Positions 1 through 13,848 of a DNA stretch of 64,000 nucleotides are shown piece by piece. Numbering within the stretch: the first letter of the stretch is position 1; each line of letters starts with the position of its first letter. The notes under the pieces are model-generated. The model was not told the DNA's origin. It saw only the letters and a program-made list of their open reading frames with translations, and did not search any database. Both the position numbers and the translations under genes were made by a program. Origin of the DNA: Octopus vulgaris (lineage: Eukaryota); the NCBI GenBank assembly GCA_951406725.2, contig OX597822.1, positions 20,398,001 through 20,462,000 of the forward strand, in the 5' to 3' direction.

Positions 1-171
1 AGTAAAATAAATTACTTTGCCACATACTGAACTCATTAGAAATAGCAGCCAAAAAAATTTTTTTAGCCATTTCTAATACTTAAAGAAAATTTCTCTCAGA
101 TAGTGTTTACTCAAAATAACCTACGAAGGTATGGGGGTAAAAACATTAAAAAATCACAAGTGCAAAGATTA

Positions 172-233
172 TTTGAGAACGTACGTTTCTAGATCAGCCA
201 AATACAATTCGACATTTCTTTCGTCAGCTCAAA
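172..233 (-). ncRNA. Type I hammerhead ribozyme (inverted copy)
   Basis: Reverse complement of 459-520, with the same core and stems. Confidence 0.8.
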
Positions 234-458
234 ATTTCTTAATTCGGATTTGTAAACACTGAAAGTAGGAGCATACCCTTTTGGCGACTTTTCACCTCCG
301 AAGATCCGTTCCACGTGGGTGGAAAGGGAGGGCAGAAATTTTTCGCTTGCATATTTTGAATTTGTTGGCACTGTTAGTTTGAACGGATCTTCGGAGGTGA
401 AAAGTCGCCAAAAGGGTATGCTCCTACTTTCAGTGTTTACAAATCCGAATTAAGAAAT

Positions 459-520
459 TTTGAGCTGACGAAAGAAATGTCGAATTGTATTTGGCTGATC
501 TAGAAACGTACGTTCTCAAA
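459..520 (+). ncRNA. Type I hammerhead ribozyme, canonical core
   Basis: Stem I tttgag/ctcaaa; CTGACGA at 465-471; stem II aga/tct plus gtcgaat/atttggc; GAAA at 503-506; palindromic stem III ACGTACGT; GUU cleavage triplet at 512-514. Confidence 0.85.
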
Positions 521-708
521 TAATCTTTGCACTTGTGATTTTTTAATGTTTTTACCCCCATACCTTCGTGGGTTATTTTGAGTAAACACTATCTGAGAGA
601 AATTTTCTTTAAGTATTAGAAATGGCTAAAAAAATTTTTTTCGCTGCTATTTCTAATGAGTTCAGTATGTGGCAAAGTAATTTATTTTACTAAGCCCTTT
701 ATAAAATG

Positions 709-741
<33 letters not shown>

Positions 742-843
742 GGAGTAAACACATAAATGTGAAACAAGGTGGAAAAAAGAGTACTCAAATACCAGTGGTA
801 GAGTAATATGCTTTATTTAAAGCAGCAGAAAATTCAACAAAAT

Positions 844-881
844 CTGTTACTCTGAGTTTCTCGTTGCCGTTCATCAGACAG
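844..881 (-). ncRNA. Minimal type I hammerhead ribozyme in a ~150-bp insert between (TA)n tracts
   Basis: Minus strand reads ctgt-CTGATGA-acg-gcaa-cga-GAAA-ctc-a-gag-TA-acag: stem I ctgt/acag, stem III ACTC/GAGT, GUA triplet. Confidence 0.75.
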
Positions 882-966
882 TTTTTGCTATATATATATA
901 TATATATTTCTGCATGGACGCAGAATATATATGTAGAAATTTATTTGTGTGTGTTTACACATATAT

Positions 967-1043
<77 letters not shown>

Positions 1044-1100
1044 CTGCATGGACGCAGAATATATATGTAGAAATTTATTTGTGTGTGTTTACACATATAT

Positions 1101-1988
<888 letters not shown>

Positions 1989-2054
1989 TATATATATGTA
2001 TATATTCAATATATATGTGTAAACACACACAAATAAATTTCTACATATATATTC

Positions 2055-2222
2055 TGCGGCCATGCTGGAGCACCGCCTTTGTCGAACAAATCGCCCCCAG
2101 GACTTATTCCTTGTTAGTCAAGTTCTTATTCTATCGGTCTCTTTTTCCGAACCTCTAAGTTACGGAGACATAAACACACCAGCATCGGTTGTCACGCGAT
2201 GGTGGGCGGATGAACACAGTCA
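2055..2222 (-). mobile_element. tRNA-derived SINE (family A), 3' portion
   Basis: Shares gcggccatgctggagcaccgcc and ctaagttacggagacataaacacaccagcatcggttgtca with the copies at 9400, 15305 and 24185. Confidence 0.8.
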
Positions 2223-2281
2223 CACAAATAAATGCATACATACATATACACACACACGCACACACACACGCACACACTCAC

Positions 2282-2312
<31 letters not shown>

Positions 2313-2736
2313 TGTATGTATGTATGTATGTATGTATACACAAATGCATGTGTGTTTGTGCGTGGTTTTCATACATTACATTAGAGTAATCGTCGGCGAG
2401 ACGAGGTAAATTTTAAGAAGAATTATTGAGCTTGTCAGAAAATAGCGCAGACAACGTCAAATGTATTTTGATTATTTTTGCATATATAAAAGTCGACCAT
2501 AAATCATTCGACAAATCAAACGCTTAAATTGAAGTTTTGAGCGTTTAAAAACCTTTTGAGAATTTGATTTAGCATTAGCAGTAGATAAACTGAGCATCTT
2601 TGTGGAAACACATTTTCTTTACGAATATTTAATAGACATAATGCACAAATTAGCAGACTTATTATAATGTAATCTTACAGATGCTGATAAATCCCGATAA
2701 TTCAAATATAATTTTCTATAGTTATATGTGTGTGTG

Positions 2737-2775
<39 letters not shown>

Positions 2776-3319
2776 GCATACATATATGCATACATGAACA
2801 CACACACACACATATATATGTATATATATTTGCCCATGCGTATATATTCAGAGATCTTTACATACGCATACCAATTTTGCGAATCATAATTTTCCATACA
2901 TGTACATTTGACAGATTTGGGAGACTTTCGTTGGAATTGGCAGCTTTTTCTTCACGGTGTTTACTTTCTTCATTTCTTCGGCAATGTTTTTCAAAATATT
3001 TTACGCTAATCTTGGTGGTGTGATGTCTCGTGGGTGAGAAAAAGGGAGATTTTAAGATGCATAAGTGAACGTGTATTGTTCTAACGGTTGGAAGATATAA
3101 CAATAAATAAATATGATACTAAATATTTGACGCTTTGAATCATAGTTTGTTGTCATGAAAGTTCAGTTACTCGTCATGAGTGAGCAAGTATGTATGGTAA
3201 CAATTATCATGGGTTTGCTAATTACTTCTGTAGTTTCGAACAGACTAATAACTATGTCGACACCTAATCCATATTCCAGTGGTACATCTAGGATGTGATA
3301 GCAGTGGGGAGAGATTCAA

Positions 3320-3474
3320 CAGCACCGGGGTATATTCATTTACAACTGTGTAGACTGTAGCCACGTGAAATGATGTCTCTTGCTAAGAAACACTATACCT
3401 CGCCCGATCTCGGAATTGAATCCACGATCTTGTGGTCATGAGCCATACAGCCTAACCACTAAACTCATGCACCT
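3320..3474 (-). mobile_element. Degenerate tRNA-derived SINE head
   Basis: Minus strand has box A-like tagtggttagg and box B-like ggattcaattcc, similar to the head at 16827. Confidence 0.55.
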
Positions 3475-3862
3475 TCATCTACTATTGTAGCGTTTAAACT
3501 TAAATAATATTTCGAGGAACTGCAACAGAGAACAATTTAGCTAAAGGAGAAGAAAATTATTATTTTACAATTAATAAATACGATGTTTTAGTGATAGAAA
3601 AGATAAATGATTTATTAAGAGTGTTTAAAGGAGATAAACTGATAAAACTATTTTACAAAGCTACCTAATTTTAATATTAATTTTACGATTTTGGATTATG
3701 AAGAGGCTGATTAAATCTAGAGTAAGATTAAGACGACTTAGTATTAGTCATAAAGTAGTTTGTATTAACATTGCGAGAAAAAGACTAATTTAAAATTCTG
3801 AATAGTAATATAATGATGGGAGACAATATTTGCATTTTTTTTGTTGTAAAGTCTGTAAAGTG

Positions 3863-4105
3863 AAGGTGCATGGCCTAATGGTCAAAGTGTTGCTCTTACG
3901 ATTACAGTTTCGATTCCCGGGACGAACAGTGTACTGAGCTCTTGAGCAAAATACATTATTTCACGTTTCTCCAGTTCACACAGAACCAAATGACTTTCAG
4001 CGATAGTTAGGAAGTTAATCCTGCGACGGACCGGTGTTCTGTTCTGGGTGAGGACTCATAAAGCCAATTAAACTCCGGTTTTGAGTCCTAGGGTTCGTAA
4101 CGGAC
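3863..4105 (+). mobile_element. tRNA-derived SINE (family C), degenerate
   Basis: ggtgcatggcctaatggtcaa...gtttcgattcc...cttgagcaaaa...tcctgcgacggaccgg, homologous to 16827-17068. Confidence 0.7.
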
Positions 4106-5414
4106 CCAAGTACGTATGATCTGTAAATAAACCCATATGATCCTCACCAATTAGGAAGTTACAGTTCGACAAATATAAATCAATATTAGAAATGCTACAA
4201 TCTACCAACTAGCCCAAGAAAGTATTAAAAAATAATTAGTTTTAAAATAACGGTTGATGAAATCAAGTTATATAGTTTACAAATCAACACAACAACTTGG
4301 TTAAGTACTGAATTTAATTTAAGGCTTATCATATAGCCAAAGATCGCAACTGCTTCTATTATCATCATCTACTATTATTACAGTAAGCTGGAAGTTGCAT
4401 CTATGCTATGAAGAACCTCACAAATAGAAACTATGTTTACTGATATATAACAGCTTAAATGTTAAATAATCATAAAAACATCGGATGTGGAAAGACGTAG
4501 ACAGATCAGTAGCTTATATAGTAACATCTTATAAGTACTGAGTAACGTAGGCGAAGCATTGTGGGTAAGCTTTAATATAATGATTAACACTATTGTCTGA
4601 TTTAATATAAATGCGTAATTCAATTCTCGTGGCTGATGATTTCCTCGTATCTTCTGTCTTGCATTCGAGATTGTAAGTTATCTAAATTAGCTTAAATGTT
4701 ATTTCATAACAGAATGGATTCACTGTCTACTTTATCACCTTCTACTCCAACACCTGCTCTTTCAAGTAGTGTGAAGGCTCAGTGGGCAGGTTGTTGAGGC
4801 GATGATTTCAAGGTGGGGATTTTCATTCCTTAAGTAAGGAATCACTTTACATTATTCCCGTCTACTCAGCTGTCGCGTCTCTATGTTTCTCTGGGTCACG
4901 TTTGAGCGGCTCTGCGGAGTCTCTGTGTCTTTTCGCAACTACTTAGACACGAAAAACTATCAGCGAAACTCTAGCACCGGAACTTTAACCGATTCTGTCA
5001 TAGTCATTGAATCAAAATACAATAGGGATGTGTGTTTCACGTGGTGTGTAAAGTCTGTTTATCATGCTGAAATCAGAAACGATAAATTTGAAAATACACC
5101 TGGAAGTCAAAATTAGCTCTGCAATAATTGTGTAATTTCAATCAAACCAAAGAATTGTGTCATGTTTAACTAGTATTGAGTGGAATGGCGAGGTTCAACA
5201 TAGATCATGTCATGTTGTTATTTCTGGCCTATCTACTTCGAGATGTAATGTTCCAAAGATAGTTATTTAATATACGCTCGAAGTCTTTAAAATGTTATGA
5301 TGTCAACAACGTATGTGTCTATGTGCGCGCGCGTGTGTGTGTATGGTGTATGCATATATCATTATAAATGTTTTTATGCATGTATGTATGTATATGTATA
5401 TATATATATATAAG

Positions 5415-5646
5415 AATTTTTTGCGTAATGAGATAAAAAACCAAGTGTGTGTAGATATTAGAACATTTATACATAGAAGGTCTTACAGCTGTTTCCAGGA
5501 TATTTATTAATTATATCCCTTCATCAGAGATGGTGTGAGAGGATGGTTAAGTCGTAGTTAGTTTAGATGTGATACAAAATAGAGAGTGAGATGAAGGAAA
5601 GAAAATAGATGCAAGATGTATAGGAATATTGAAGTTGTAGATCCAT
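5415..5646 (-). mobile_element. Short non-coding hammerhead-bearing element (PLE pLTR or retrozyme-like)
   Basis: Homologous over ~230 bp to 55436-55655 in the opposite orientation. Flanked by TA runs. Confidence 0.7.
5481..5530 (-). ncRNA. Type I hammerhead ribozyme, canonical core
   Basis: tct-CTGATGA-agggatat...atatcctg-GAAA-cagctg-TA-aga; palindromic stem III ACAGCTGT; GUA triplet; short stem I. Confidence 0.78.
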
Positions 5647-5844
5647 ATATATATATATATAATATAATATAAAATTAATGTGGGCTGCTGGGCACATTAT
5701 AAACCGTATAGGAAAAATTTAGTCATCACTAATTGCAAAGATACGTGCTAGAAGCACATATACTGCATGCTAGAAATAACAGTTAAACCACTTATAGCTG
5801 CGTAAAAACATATACAGATACAGACACACACAAATTCTCTCTCT

Positions 5845-5879
<35 letters not shown>

Positions 5880-6314
5880 TACACACACAATCATGAAACC
5901 AGTTACTATTTGGATGAAACTATACAAAGAAAACATGGCATTATCAAAGAGTATCTGCAATAGAATTGAAGCTACCTCAATTCATAGTCTTCTTTCCGTT
6001 GTTAATTGGCATTATATTTCCAAAAGTTCAAAATTAAAGTACTATATCTGGCTCTTTATGTATGGAGCTATAAATACACTGGAGAATACATTTTAATAAA
6101 ATTGGGTTTCAATGATGGATATTATTGAAGAAAATTTCAAAAAACATATAATTATTTTTGACAGGAATATGTTTATTAAGTATATAAGGACATGTATTAT
6201 CATGCAATGTGAAGGTTAGGTTCTTATTCTCAATTTATGTTATTTGTGTTGATGATGTAAATTATAATGATGATAGCTATGATGATGATGATGATGATGA
6301 TAATAATAATAATG

Positions 6315-6405
<91 letters not shown>

Positions 6406-6814
6406 TAACTGCAACAACAAGAACTAGACAAAATAATATTTTATTAGTCTTGTAGATGTTATTATTAGTATAATTATCACTGTAGTCATCACCATCATCA
6501 TCAGCAGCAGCATTGCCTTCATCATCACCGTCATTACAACAGACATAGCTGTCACTATCCACAATCATTCACATCTTGAAGCACTTTCTATTTGCCTTCT
6601 TCTTCATCCAAATTCTGTTACGGCTGGCTTCTTCGCTTACACACACACACGCACGCACATACACACGCACGCACATACACACACACATATGAACATATAT
6701 ATATATATTTATATGTATGCATATACATACATATTTATATACATATATATGTATGCATATATACATACACACACACACATATATATATATATATATGTAT
6801 ATATATACACATAC

Positions 6815-6869
<55 letters not shown>

Positions 6870-7128
6870 TGTTTATATATGCATATATGGGTACAGGACG
6901 TCACCAACTGTGTAAACAACATGAAATACGTAGACAAACAAGTTAAATACGTAAACAACGAGAGAAAAAATGAAAATCAGGACAAGTAAACACAGAAAAA
7001 CAACACTTCATCAGTTGTCGGCTGTCTATCTACTCCTCATTTAGAGCATTCAACAATATGATTCTTCAAAGACAGTTGCTCCCATAAATTCTGAAATAAA
7101 ATTTTAGAATGCAGAGTAGAGAGAGTCG

Positions 7129-7235
<107 letters not shown>

Positions 7236-7528
7236 TATATATATATATATATATAAATAACAAAGTTATTTTCTTCCACACAAGTAGAACTATAGGAAAA
7301 ATGGAAGTTGAAAATGCACTGAGAATAGAATATTTAAAAAAATATATTTAAAGCTTTAACATGTTTCACAGCTTACATTGGTTTTCAAAAAGTTCAAATA
7401 GAAAGCCGTGGTTTATGTTGCGGCTGTCTTTCTCCTGTCTAGTGTTTGAAGCCTGCACTATGTTTATAGTGAGAACCCTGGCTCAAATTAGTATATGTTT
7501 TGAATAGTGTTTGCTTCGCAGAAAACTC

Positions 7529-7732
7529 TACTTAGATGACTGCCTTATTCTATTGACATACATATTTGAACAACTTATAGATTTCAAAAATCTAATCAAC
7601 AAGCATAAACAATAATATTAACTTTGCCGTGGAATACAGTAAAACTCAACTACCATTCCCGGATATACTAATTATCAAAACAAATAAAACATTGAAGCAG
7701 GTATTCACTACAAACAAACAGATTCTAAACAG
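7529..7732 (+). pseudogene. Penelope-like element reverse transcriptase fragment
   Basis: tac tta gat gac tgc ctt att = YLDDCLI, then frameshifted ...NNINFAVEYSKTQLPFPDILIIK...HYKQTDSKQ, matching PLE RT motifs. Confidence 0.75.
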
Positions 7733-8787
7733 TGATGTAATCGTGAATTGAAATAACCAACTTTTATCTTTCTACATATTTCAATTCATGATTACATCAC
7801 TGGACATAAATCCCCTCACTAAGCAAGTTTTTCGAAACCTGTTTTTGTCTGTACATATATACTCCTCTTCCATTACCGAAAGCTGAACAGTTATGTCCTT
7901 TACTCACAACAATAACAGTAATAACGATAACCAATTACCTCCCCTTATTTTTTATTTGTGAAGTCACACACAGACAAAATTTCTTCTTAAGAAAATACAT
8001 ATTCAAATAAGTAAAACATAATATCATGAATAGCGATAGCGAAACCGGTCGATATATTAAAAATTATATTAAAACTATGTAAAGAGTGGGTATTTTCCTT
8101 TTTTTAATTTCTTATATACATTACAATTCACCCCGTGGGGATAATCGAAATTCCTCCTTTCTGTTACTAGATAAAAATAAAAATAAAAAAAATATATAAG
8201 CGTGGCTTGTTCGTAATTTTACAACAGAAAGGCAGAAATATATACGTCACTAAAGTGACCAAGTACCAATATTTGCTAAGAAATAAGTGTCAAAGAAATT
8301 CATAGCCAAAAGAAGCACCTTATCTTAATGACTGACAAGGGAGGCAAGTTCTCTCAGCGGCTAGGCATAACTTGATCACAATGATTTCGCATTTATATTA
8401 ATGCTCGTTCAGTGACTCTCACCTAGCGCCTGGGGCTAAACTCAACTAACCTTGTCAGTTTATAAGATTATCGTAGAAATTATACGCTGATTTCCTAACC
8501 AGTAAAAGTGTCTGCTGTAGTCTAACAAGTCCATATAGGAGTAGCAGTCCTGCATGCAGTGACTGCATTTGAAGATGCTCTCTACCGGCGCCACTGCGTT
8601 TTCATCGACTGCAAATTCGGTTGTTTAGTATTTGTCTTCAGCGTCGGCGACCATCTGTGACCTCTTCTCATCTCAAGACGGCCTGATCTATTAAGTTCAC
8701 GTTCCTCTAGCAGACGTCCATGAAACAAGTATATAGGTGTATATATATGTATGTATACATTTATATACGCATAAATGTATGTATATG

Positions 8788-9169
8788 AAAGCACTCCGTC
8801 TGTTACGACGACGAGGGTTCCGGTTGATCCAAATCAACGGAACAGCCTGCTCGTGAAATTAACGTGTAAGTGGCTGAGCACTCCACAGACACGTGTACCC
8901 TTAACGTAGTTCTCGGGGATATTCAGCGTGACACAGAGAGTGACAAGGCCGGCCCTTTGAAATACAAGGTACAACAGAAACAGGAAGTAAGAGTGAGAGA
9001 AAGTTGTGGTGAAAGAGTACAGCAGGGATCACCACCATCCCCTGCCGGAGCCTCGTGGAGCTTTAGGTGTTTTCGCTCAATAAACACTCACAACGCCCGG
9101 TCTGGGAATCGAAACCGCGATCCTATGACCGCGAGTCCGCTGCCCTAACCACTCGGCCATTGCGCCTCC
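8788..9169 (-). mobile_element. Apparently full-length tRNA-derived SINE (family B)
   Basis: Minus-strand head ggaggcgcaatggccgagtggttaggg...ggtttcgattccc has clear Pol III A and B boxes. Embedded in TA/TG repeats. Confidence 0.85.
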
Positions 9170-9278
9170 ACTGTATGTATATAATATATATATATATATA
9201 TACACATACATATACACACACATATACATATACGTATATGTATATATAAATATATACATATAAATATAAATATATATA

Positions 9279-9322
<44 letters not shown>

Positions 9323-9399
9323 CAAATATATGTATATACAGACAAATATATACACACACATATGGACATAAACACACACACATATAATATATACATACA

Positions 9400-9563
9400 G
9401 GCGCAGGCGAGGCTGTGTAGCAGCAAGCTTGCTTCCCAACCACATAGTTGTGGCTTTAGTACCACTGCGTGGTACCTCGGACAAGTTTCTTTTTCTATAG
9501 CCTCTGGGCGACCAAATCTTGTGAGTGGATTTTGTAGGCGAAAACTGAAAGAAGCCCATCGTG

Positions 9564-9642
<79 letters not shown>

Positions 9643-9860
9643 CTATGTGTATGTGTTTGTGTTTGTTTCTCCATCACCGCTTGGCAACCGGTGTTGCTGT
9701 GTTTAGGTCCCCGCAACTAAGCGTTTCGGCAAAAGAGACCGAGAAAATAAGTATTAGTCTTGAAAAATTTGCTCTGGAGTCGATTTGTTCGACTAAAAAC
9801 CTTTCAAGGTGACACTCCAGCATGGCCGCACTCAAATGACTGAAACAAGTAAAAGAATAA
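9400..9860 (+). mobile_element. tRNA-derived SINE (family A) with internal (TG)n
   Basis: Head ggcgcaggcgaggctgtgtag..., core gtgagtggatttt...aaactgaaagaagccc, tail ccagcatggccgcactcaaatgactgaaacaagtaaaaga. Confidence 0.85.
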
Positions 9861-11049
9861 ATATATATATATACATAAATGCATGTATATATATATGTGT
9901 GTGTGTAAGTCTATATATATATGAATGGATTGTTTTGTATGTTTTGTAAAGATGTCGTTGTCAGAAGATGCAATATTATTCACAATATATGTGGTAGCCT
10001 TGCTAAATTGTGTGTACAACTTTACGAAGTTGTCTGTGCAGTTGGGAGCGTGGAAGTTAGGACAGCTATTTCAGCTATTTTGAAATTCGTGGGTCGTGGC
10101 AATCAATGCACTCAAGGGATTGAATGAACGTACAAGTGAGGTTAGTGAAGGTTGCTGTGGGATGTGTGAAATGTGAAGGAAATATAAAGACAAATACCAA
10201 GAGTGATATGCAAATTACACGAAGAAACTCAAGTGGCTTCGAATGACCTTTGTCGCTATTTGCTCTATATTAGCGAGATGCTAATTCATAAAAATAATGT
10301 TATAAATAGCAATTACATTTTCATTGATAAGACTTGACAGAAAGACATTTTAGAAATGTTAAATGTGCGATTAAAATAACAATTTAGATATAACCATTAT
10401 AATTTCAAACGTCATACCTATTTAATAAATCACTTACAAATAATAAACACTCAGACGACACTCGTTTTAGTTATTCGATTCTGCTAGGTCAGTTGATTTT
10501 GCTATGTCGACGTTGCTTTGTTGCTCGATTTGGCTCACTTGAAATAGAAGGAGTCTCTTTTACTTTATAATGTGCAAAGACTTCCTTTATAAATTAATTT
10601 TCTCTACAATTTTTAATGAAGCTACACGTGAGATTAATTACAGTTCCAGTGACTTTTCTATTTCACTTATATTCGAAGCTTGGGGCACGAAACATATAAA
10701 TCCCTATTTGAATGCATGTAAAAGCTTTGTGTAGATCTTTATGACTTGAAGAATATATAGTGATATCCCTTATTAGATATGCTTAATTTTCATTATGTTC
10801 TTCCATTGAAATGAGGTTTTGTTTTGTGAGCAGTTGGTTGTTTGACTAAATCAGACCGTTTATGTAATTCGTAGAAACATCAATGCGCAACTAAATAGCA
10901 GCATCAACAATAGATTCCGTTTCCTTTTGAACAATCCGGACTGGTTCTTCAGATTTCTTAAAATTGTCAATAAATTGACGCCAGAGCATGTTCCAAATGA
11001 CTGTCATAGATTTCTCTGTAATTTCTTCCAGGCCACTTTTATTATTTTT

Positions 11050-11150
11050 CCAGTCGATTAGATCGACCCAGTACGCAACTGGTACTTAATTTATCGAGCC
11101 TGAAAGGATGAAAGGCAAAGTCGAACTCGGAGGAATTTGATCTCAGAACT
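11050..11150 (-). mobile_element. tRNA-derived SINE (family D) fragment
   Basis: ggtacttaatttatcgagcctgaaaggatgaaaggcaaagtcga matches the family D core (compare 46434 and 60428). Confidence 0.7.
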
Positions 11151-12507
11151 GCACCAATAATATGGAATGATCTTCAAATCTGTTTAGTGCTGCACCTTCT
11201 TATTTTTCGATAACATTCATTAACTGCTGGCAAAAACACTAAAACACGTACATTTGCAATGTCGTACATTTAAAAAGATATCTTTCAGAGAGCGATGGTA
11301 CTTGTGATACACTTGTGTGTCAACTTGTGGTACTCCAACTGTCGGACGGCGTCGCTCGGGTCTCAGGCCGATTTCATCTGGAGGAAGTAACGATGCAGGT
11401 CGCGCCTCAAGGTAAAGATTCACCTCGAAACCCTCAGATTCTGATACCGTATGATATTTCTCAAGATTCTAAGTTTAAGCCCCCACCCCGGCTCCCTTTG
11501 TAAAAGAAAACCAGCTGCGTCCAAATTATGTTTGATGATATAGAAGGAACTTTAATATTATACCAGCCAGATCGTATTTTGACATCTATGAAAACCAACC
11601 ATTATTTGCAGTAAATGTTGTACACTCGTCTGTGTTCTTACCGTTAAGATAATGAAATATCAGCGAAAGTAATAGTTCATATAATGATCATATTAAAACA
11701 TTATGTTAAAATATTCATTCCTGCTGATAAATGCAAGCAATAAAGTTAAACACTTGCATCTTACAAATCATCAAACACTCTAAGGATTACGCTCTTTACA
11801 TTTCACCCTAATATTTTTTTCGTTAACTAGAAAATTCGCAGATGCTATCGACTGACCGTAAGAAAACTTCAAAAGTAAATATTTAACGGTTTTCCACCAT
11901 TTTTTGTTCATTTGCAATCTTGTATTTTGTTTCGGAAGTTGTTGGTTTTCTTTTTTATGCTATTTTGTCTGTAAAGTTAATTCTTATATTTTCAATACTA
12001 TTTTCTAACCACGAAGTCGACTTTTCTTTTCATCTTTTCGTGGTCGATAAATTAAGTGTCAGTTGCGTACTGGGATCGATCTAATCGACTGGACCCCTCC
12101 AATATTAGCATATTTCGAGAGTGAATTAATTCGAAATATTAAAGAGAAAGCAGTAGTAAAGAGATTGCGACGTCAGTATGCTCAAACAACGTCAACGTAC
12201 AAACTAACTGAATAGTTGATTGAACAGTAAGACATTTACAGGCATATTGTTAATTACCCATTGCAGTAATTGAACTTCGAAAGCAATCTCTATGAATGTT
12301 TAGCATTTATTTTCTACAAATAACCTTTAATTTATACTATTCTTATAATTAAAAATAATATCAATAAAGGTCTTTAAGTGTGATTTCGGTACTATTTACA
12401 TTTATGTGTACGTACGTCCGTATGTATGTACGTATATATATATATATATATATATATATGATTGAGATTCAGTTTAATTAGGTACTTAAGATGAAGCACC
12501 AAGGGGC

Positions 12508-12705
12508 AGACGCTAATAAAACCTATGATGTTAATACAGAGAAAATTATCATGGGGTACTATGGATGATTGTATATAAACAATATTGTTATGTTGTATAA
12601 AGATAAAATTTAAGATTACTAAAAATGATATTATAACCAGAATATCATCCATAGTACCCCATGATAATTTTCTCTGTATTAACATCATAGATTTTATTAG
12701 CGTCT
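12508..12705. repeat. Inverted repeat, 62-bp arms with 74-bp spacer
   Basis: 12508-12569 is the reverse complement of 12644-12705 with one mismatch. Confidence 0.92.
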
Positions 12706-13158
12706 TGTCCCTTTAACTGGTCATTAACACCTTGATTTGGGGTCTTCCCCTACCCAGCCTCCTTTATAGACAGTTATTTATACAAATCCTAAAATCCTGA
12801 CAATATTTATGACCATACACAACTATAAACAGTCACGTCACTCCTGCCCTCCATTCTAAACAGACATCGTCCTCTCGCCTTAGATTTGGTAGTTGATATA
12901 AAAAACAAATGAATTAAAAATGAACCACAATCCTTTACAAGCTATGACCTTAACAAGCTTAGCAACATGAACTCTTCCTCTCTTCTTGCTCTATCAGAGA
13001 ATTTGAGTAAAATTATATTAATGTGTCCAACTGATTAAAAATTCTATTTAATTCTGTAGTTGAGGATAGCCCTGCATTCAAATTGATGTAATGATTGCAT
13101 TGTCAATTAAATGGAGTCGTACTGCTTCACCTCTTGATATCCTGTTGCTTATTTTGAT

Positions 13159-13204
<46 letters not shown>

Positions 13205-13208
<4 letters not shown>

Positions 13209-13848
13209 TGACGTATATTTGCCATTTGAATATGGCTAACCCCTAAGGGTGGATGCTACTGTAGTTTGTAGCCCCAGGAAGACACCTCCTCCAGCTGGCT
13301 ATAGACACACTTTCTGTGACCTATCAGTATTTGTGAAGGGAAGCCATCCTTCTCGTCTTCAACTTATGATACACACGGACTCGAGTTTCAAGGTATTGAC
13401 CTATCATCGGCGTGTGACAATCATAGTTGTCGACGAGAAGTCAGTTCCCCTCACAAATACATATACTTTTTCCAGTATCGATTGACACTGATATTGAAAA
13501 AGTGAAATCAAACAATGAAAATCTCAGAGCGAGTTATAAACAGTAGCGGCAACACATCGGGACGTATATTTGCCATTTGAATATGGCTAACCCCTAAGGG
13601 TGGATGCTACTGTAGTTTGTAGCCCCAGGAAGACACCTCCTCCAGCTGGCTATAGACACACTTTCTGTGCCCTATCAGTATTTGTGAAGGGCACAGAAAG
13701 TATTTGATAGGGCACAGAAAGTGTGTCTATAGCCAGGCTACAAACTACAGTAGCATCCACCCTTAGGGGTTAGCCATATTCAAATGGCAAATATACGTCA
13801 CGATGTGTTGCCGCTACTGTTTATAACTCGCTCTGAGATTTATCATTG

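Larger units (their letters stand above)
1..691. repeat. Large near-perfect inverted repeat (311-bp arms, 69-bp spacer) of a hammerhead-bearing non-coding element
   Basis: 1-311 is the reverse complement of 381-691 with very few mismatches. The left arm probably continues before the window. (TA)n follows at ~711. Confidence 0.95.

Noticed and set aside
4628-4685. CTGATGA as a hammerhead core
   Set aside because: No GAAA or convincing stems follow it.
6890-7110. CTGATGA on the minus strand (7008-7014) in a non-coding repeat-like segment
   Set aside because: No correctly placed GAAA, stem III or NUH, and it could not be folded as type I, II or III.
8580-8730. GC-rich segment as an exon
   Set aside because: All three frames after the candidate acceptor contain stops, and no protein was recognised.
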